A DNA stretch of 63,706 nt, the filler included, from Choristocarpus tenellus KU-1152 (Eukaryota; Protista; Phaeophyceae), in the NCBI GenBank assembly GCA_964200185.2. It is 9 parts of 9 records of this genome, joined end to end, with 100 filler letters (N's around TTAATTAATTAA, not from the genome) between each part and the next. Parts side by side here need not be neighbours in the genome. Positions count along the whole stretch, not along the records: positions 49,872 to 63,706 come from CAXNAD020001353.1; 8 more parts are not named here. The stretch is one strand, 5' to 3'. Under the pieces are notes generated by a model. That model saw only the letters and a list, made by a program, of their open reading frames with translations. It ran no database searches and was not told the DNA's origin. Below, one piece after another: positions 63,391-63,706 of this stretch. How positions within the stretch are numbered: position 1 is the first letter of the stretch; each line of letters opens with the position of its first letter. The translations under genes and the position numbers were made by a program.

Positions 63391-63632
63391 AAGTATCTTA
63401 GAGGGTACGAGTTTTTCGCTGGTTGTTCTTTGGAGGGTTGGCTGCCCAAGGGTTTTCAACAACATTGTACTTACTCAAAAATGTTTTGGAGAAGTACATT
63501 GTCTACATATTATGGAAAGGAGTGTCCGGAAAAAGGACCTTGACATCTCCAAACAAAAATAATGGCAAGAAATACAGCACAAATGCAACATTCGAATTCG
63601 GCCGCCAAATGGACGCGGCTCTACACCTAAGA
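63391..63632. mobile_element. MITE family A, diverged; right TIR interrupted by an LTR
   Basis: AAGTATCTTAGAGGGTACG...GGCTCTACACCTAAGA|TGTGCAAA. Confidence 0.85.
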
Positions 63633-63706
63633 TGTGCAAATTACCTTGGGAGGTAATGCTATTTGTTAGTAGTGAAGATAAGAAGGTGTGAAGCTTCACA
63701 CGACCC
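63633..63706 (-). mobile_element. Copia LTR 3' end, reverse orientation, runs off window
   Basis: Reverse complement of the last ~75 bp of the 58.8 and 62.4 kb LTRs. Confidence 0.85.

Noticed and set aside
1-63706. Fanzor/TnpB, viral or Polinton genes, rRNA or tRNA
   Set aside because: No RuvC, capsid, polB, packaging ATPase, rRNA or cloverleaf signatures recognised by eye; an HMM/Infernal scan would be needed to exclude decayed copies

Overview
This is eukaryotic, intron-rich, transposon-dense DNA from a draft assembly. It is most like a brown alga or related stramenopile, an inference from the LINE/copia types, small GT-AG exons and TTAGGG-like motifs. Eight 100-bp N44-TTAATTAATTAA-N44 linkers join contigs, so adjacency across them is unproven. 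Host genes: a multi-exon SHAQKYF-class Myb gene (- strand, ~14.7-24.1 kb), a large protein with a Kelch-like region (44.0-47.7 kb), an RCC1-repeat gene or pseudogene fragment, several other exons and decayed pseudo-exons. Mobile DNA dominates. It includes a Ty1/copia element with an RT deletion (58.5-62.4 kb) plus other copia and LTR remnants, about 21 copies of two MITE families sharing a CAAAGTATCT TIR core and 4-bp TSDs (Sola2-like), CRE-like and RTE-like LINE remnants, a hAT remnant and a foldback MITE. The most unusual signals are a tandem pair of 38-bp hairpins whose cores are inverted relative to each other next to telomere-like repeats (57.4 kb), a 77-bp satellite with a 154-bp higher-order step (62.4-63.3 kb), and a dispersed Tudor-like coding module inside mobile DNA. 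No rRNA, tRNA, CRISPR array or intact novel enzymatic system was found by eye.
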